Shown here: positions 5,668 to 7,118 of the stretch, one piece after another
Layout of the letters: the number at the start of each line of letters is the position of its first letter
Position numbering within the stretch: position 1 is the first letter of the stretch
Source of the DNA: Octopus sinensis
Lineage: Eukaryota
Direction: 5' to 3'
NCBI RefSeq assembly: GCF_006345805.1
Contig: NW_021828961.1
Span: 1 to 7,118 of the forward strand
Length of the DNA: 7,118 bases
Translations under genes and position numbers: made by a program
The notes under the pieces: model-generated
What the model saw: only the letters and a program-made list of their open reading frames with translations
Told to the model about the DNA's origin: nothing
The model's database searches: none

Positions 5668-6132
5668 TGTGCTACCATGCCGGTGGCATGTCGAAACTCT
5701 GCTTGTGAAGACCCATTGAGGCAAGTGAGGATCAGAATCGAAATCGATCAATGGAAATCGATCAATGGAAATTGCAGATGTGTTACCATTCCGGTGGCAT
5801 GTAAAGAAACCTTCCATTTCGCGACCGTTGCCAGCACCGCCCCGTTTCATGTCCGTTGCCAGCCTCGCCTGGCCCTCGTGCCGGTAGCACATAAAAAGCA
5901 CCATCCTTCGTGGCCGTTTGCCAGCTCTGTCTGGCACCAGTGCGGGTGGCACGTAAAAAGCACCCACTACACTCACGGAGTGGTTGGCGTTAGGAAGGGC
6001 ATCCAGCCGTAGAAACACTGCCAGATTTGACTGGGCCTGATGAAGCCTTCTGGCTTCACAGACCCCAGTAGAACCGTCCAACCCATGCTAGCATGGAAAA
6101 CGGACGCTAAATGATGATGATGATGATGATGA
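5668..6132 (+). mobile_element. SINE-like / non-autonomous retroelement with an iterated internal motif and (GAT)n tail, possibly RTE-related
   Basis: GC-richer island with four copies of a CCGGTGGCAYGTAAA-like motif. It continues TGGCGTTAGGAAGGGCATCCAGCCGTAGAAAC and ends AACCCATGCTAGCATGGAAAACGGACGCTAAA-(TGA)n. Short tandem-repeat tails are typical of RTE-mobilised elements; the clade assignment is from memory, not a search. No tRNA head was seen. Confidence 0.7.
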
Positions 6133-6260
6133 TATATATATATATATATATATGTATACACATATATTTAAATATGTCCATATATGTATGTGCATATAGT
6201 ATTAACTCTTATTTCTAGGATGTGTGTGCTTTTATGCATCCTTACACTTTGTAACTTATG

Positions 6261-6293
<33 letters not shown>

Positions 6294-6400
6294 AAGCATA
6301 TGCACATATTTATACATACAAGTGTAAATACATATAGGTATATAGATATATTATATACTGATACACATACATACACACACACACACATATAAGCACAAAT
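6132..6400. repeat. (AT)n and (AC)n microsatellites, including (AC)14 at 6263-6290
   Basis: Seen directly. Confidence 0.85.
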
Positions 6401-6504
6401 ACACACACTCACGAAATAATACCAATGGAAATGAATTTCCATATGGCTAACATGGAAGTTTGATTGACAAATTGAAACGAACCTTAGCTTTTCTTTTTCA
6501 GTTT

Positions 6505-7118
6505 CTGTTGAAGTTTTTTATGCATTTCTTTGTCTATAATTGTTTCACTCTTTATTCCTCTGCCATTCTGCATATCTTTCATTCGTCTTTCTCTGTTTTT
6601 TTGTCACCCCTTTCAGCATTGCATATAATATATATATATATATTAAGAAAATATATATACTCTTTTACTCTTTTACTTGTTTCAATCATTTGACTGCGGC
6701 CATGCTGGAGCACCGCCTTCTTTGTAAGCCCAGTACTTATTCTATTGGTCTCTTTTGCCGAACCGCTAAGTGACGGGGACGTAAACACACCACCATCGGT
6801 TGTCAAGCAATGCTAGGGGGACAAACACAGACACACAAACACATACATACATATATATATATACATATATACGACGGGTTTCTTTCAGTTTCCGTCTACC
6901 AAATCCACTGACAAGGCATTGGTCGGCCCGGGGCTATAGCAGAAGACACTTGCCCAAGATGCCTCGCAGTGGGACTGAACCCGGAACCATGTGGTTGGTT
7001 AGTAAGCTACTTACCACACAGCCACTCCTGCACCTGTTGAAGTTTTTTATGCATTTCTTTGTCTATATTGTTTCACTCTTTATTCCTCTGCCATTCTGCA
7101 TATCTTTCATTCGTCTTT
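6505..7118 (+). repeat. Direct repeat of at least 85 bp (6505-6591 and 7034-7118) flanking SINE copy E
   Basis: CTGTTGAAGTTTTTTATGCATTTC...CATTCGTCTTT is identical in both places apart from two 1-nt homopolymer indels. The second copy runs off the window end. Confidence 0.95.
6659..7034 (-). mobile_element. SINE family 1, near full-length (copy E)
   Basis: Tail (CTCTTTTA)n from ~6659, short microsatellite ~6838-6871, head ending GCCACTCCTGCACC at 7034. Carries a ~30-nt deletion at ~6719 relative to copy D. Confidence 0.9.

Noticed and set aside
5668-5965. CRISPR-like look of the spaced motif, and of the MITE-spacer array at 3902-4609
   Set aside because: Repeats are degenerate, spacing is irregular or spacers are identical, the context is eukaryotic, and there are no cas genes.
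6037-6060. CTGATGA followed by hairpin AGCC-TTCT-GGCT, a possible second hammerhead
   Set aside because: No GAAA follows the hairpin (it reads TCACAG), and no helix I, helix III or NUH arrangement was found.
5539-6081. 180-aa minus-strand and 126-aa plus-strand ORFs
   Set aside because: They lie over a GC-richer repeat element and microsatellite, with no recognisable domain or RT motif.
1958-6806. Recurring FQSFDCGHAGA peptide in several ORFs
   Set aside because: It is the antisense translation of the SINE family 1 3' body, repeated because the SINE is repeated.

Overview
AT-rich, non-coding eukaryotic DNA, most likely from an octopus. That is inferred from the tRNA-headed SINE families and dense (TA)n/(CA)n/(TAA)n/(GAT)n microsatellites; no database search was run. 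No credible protein-coding gene is present, and the supplied ORFs are microsatellite or repeat translations. Most of the window is mobile DNA: five substantial copies plus two fragments of one microsatellite-carrying SINE family, two SINEs sharing a head but with different tails, a (GAT)n-tailed element, a TA-flanked MITE candidate and three tandem TTAA-flanked piggyBac-type MITEs. The most notable item is at 145-1167: a ~595-nt partial tandem repeat carrying a type I hammerhead ribozyme motif. The motif has a 12-position helix I, a CUGAAGA core, an unusually long (~75 nt) helix II, a palindromic ACGUACGU helix III and a GUC cleavage triplet. It is preceded by a short inverted copy of its own sequence and ends in (TA)n. 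This architecture fits a non-autonomous Penelope-like element or retrozyme. Other oddities are a perfect 47-bp inverted duplication inside a rearranged SINE and a direct repeat of at least 85 bp flanking another SINE. Differences between duplicated segments are mostly 1-nt indels, so sequencing or assembly error may affect fine details.
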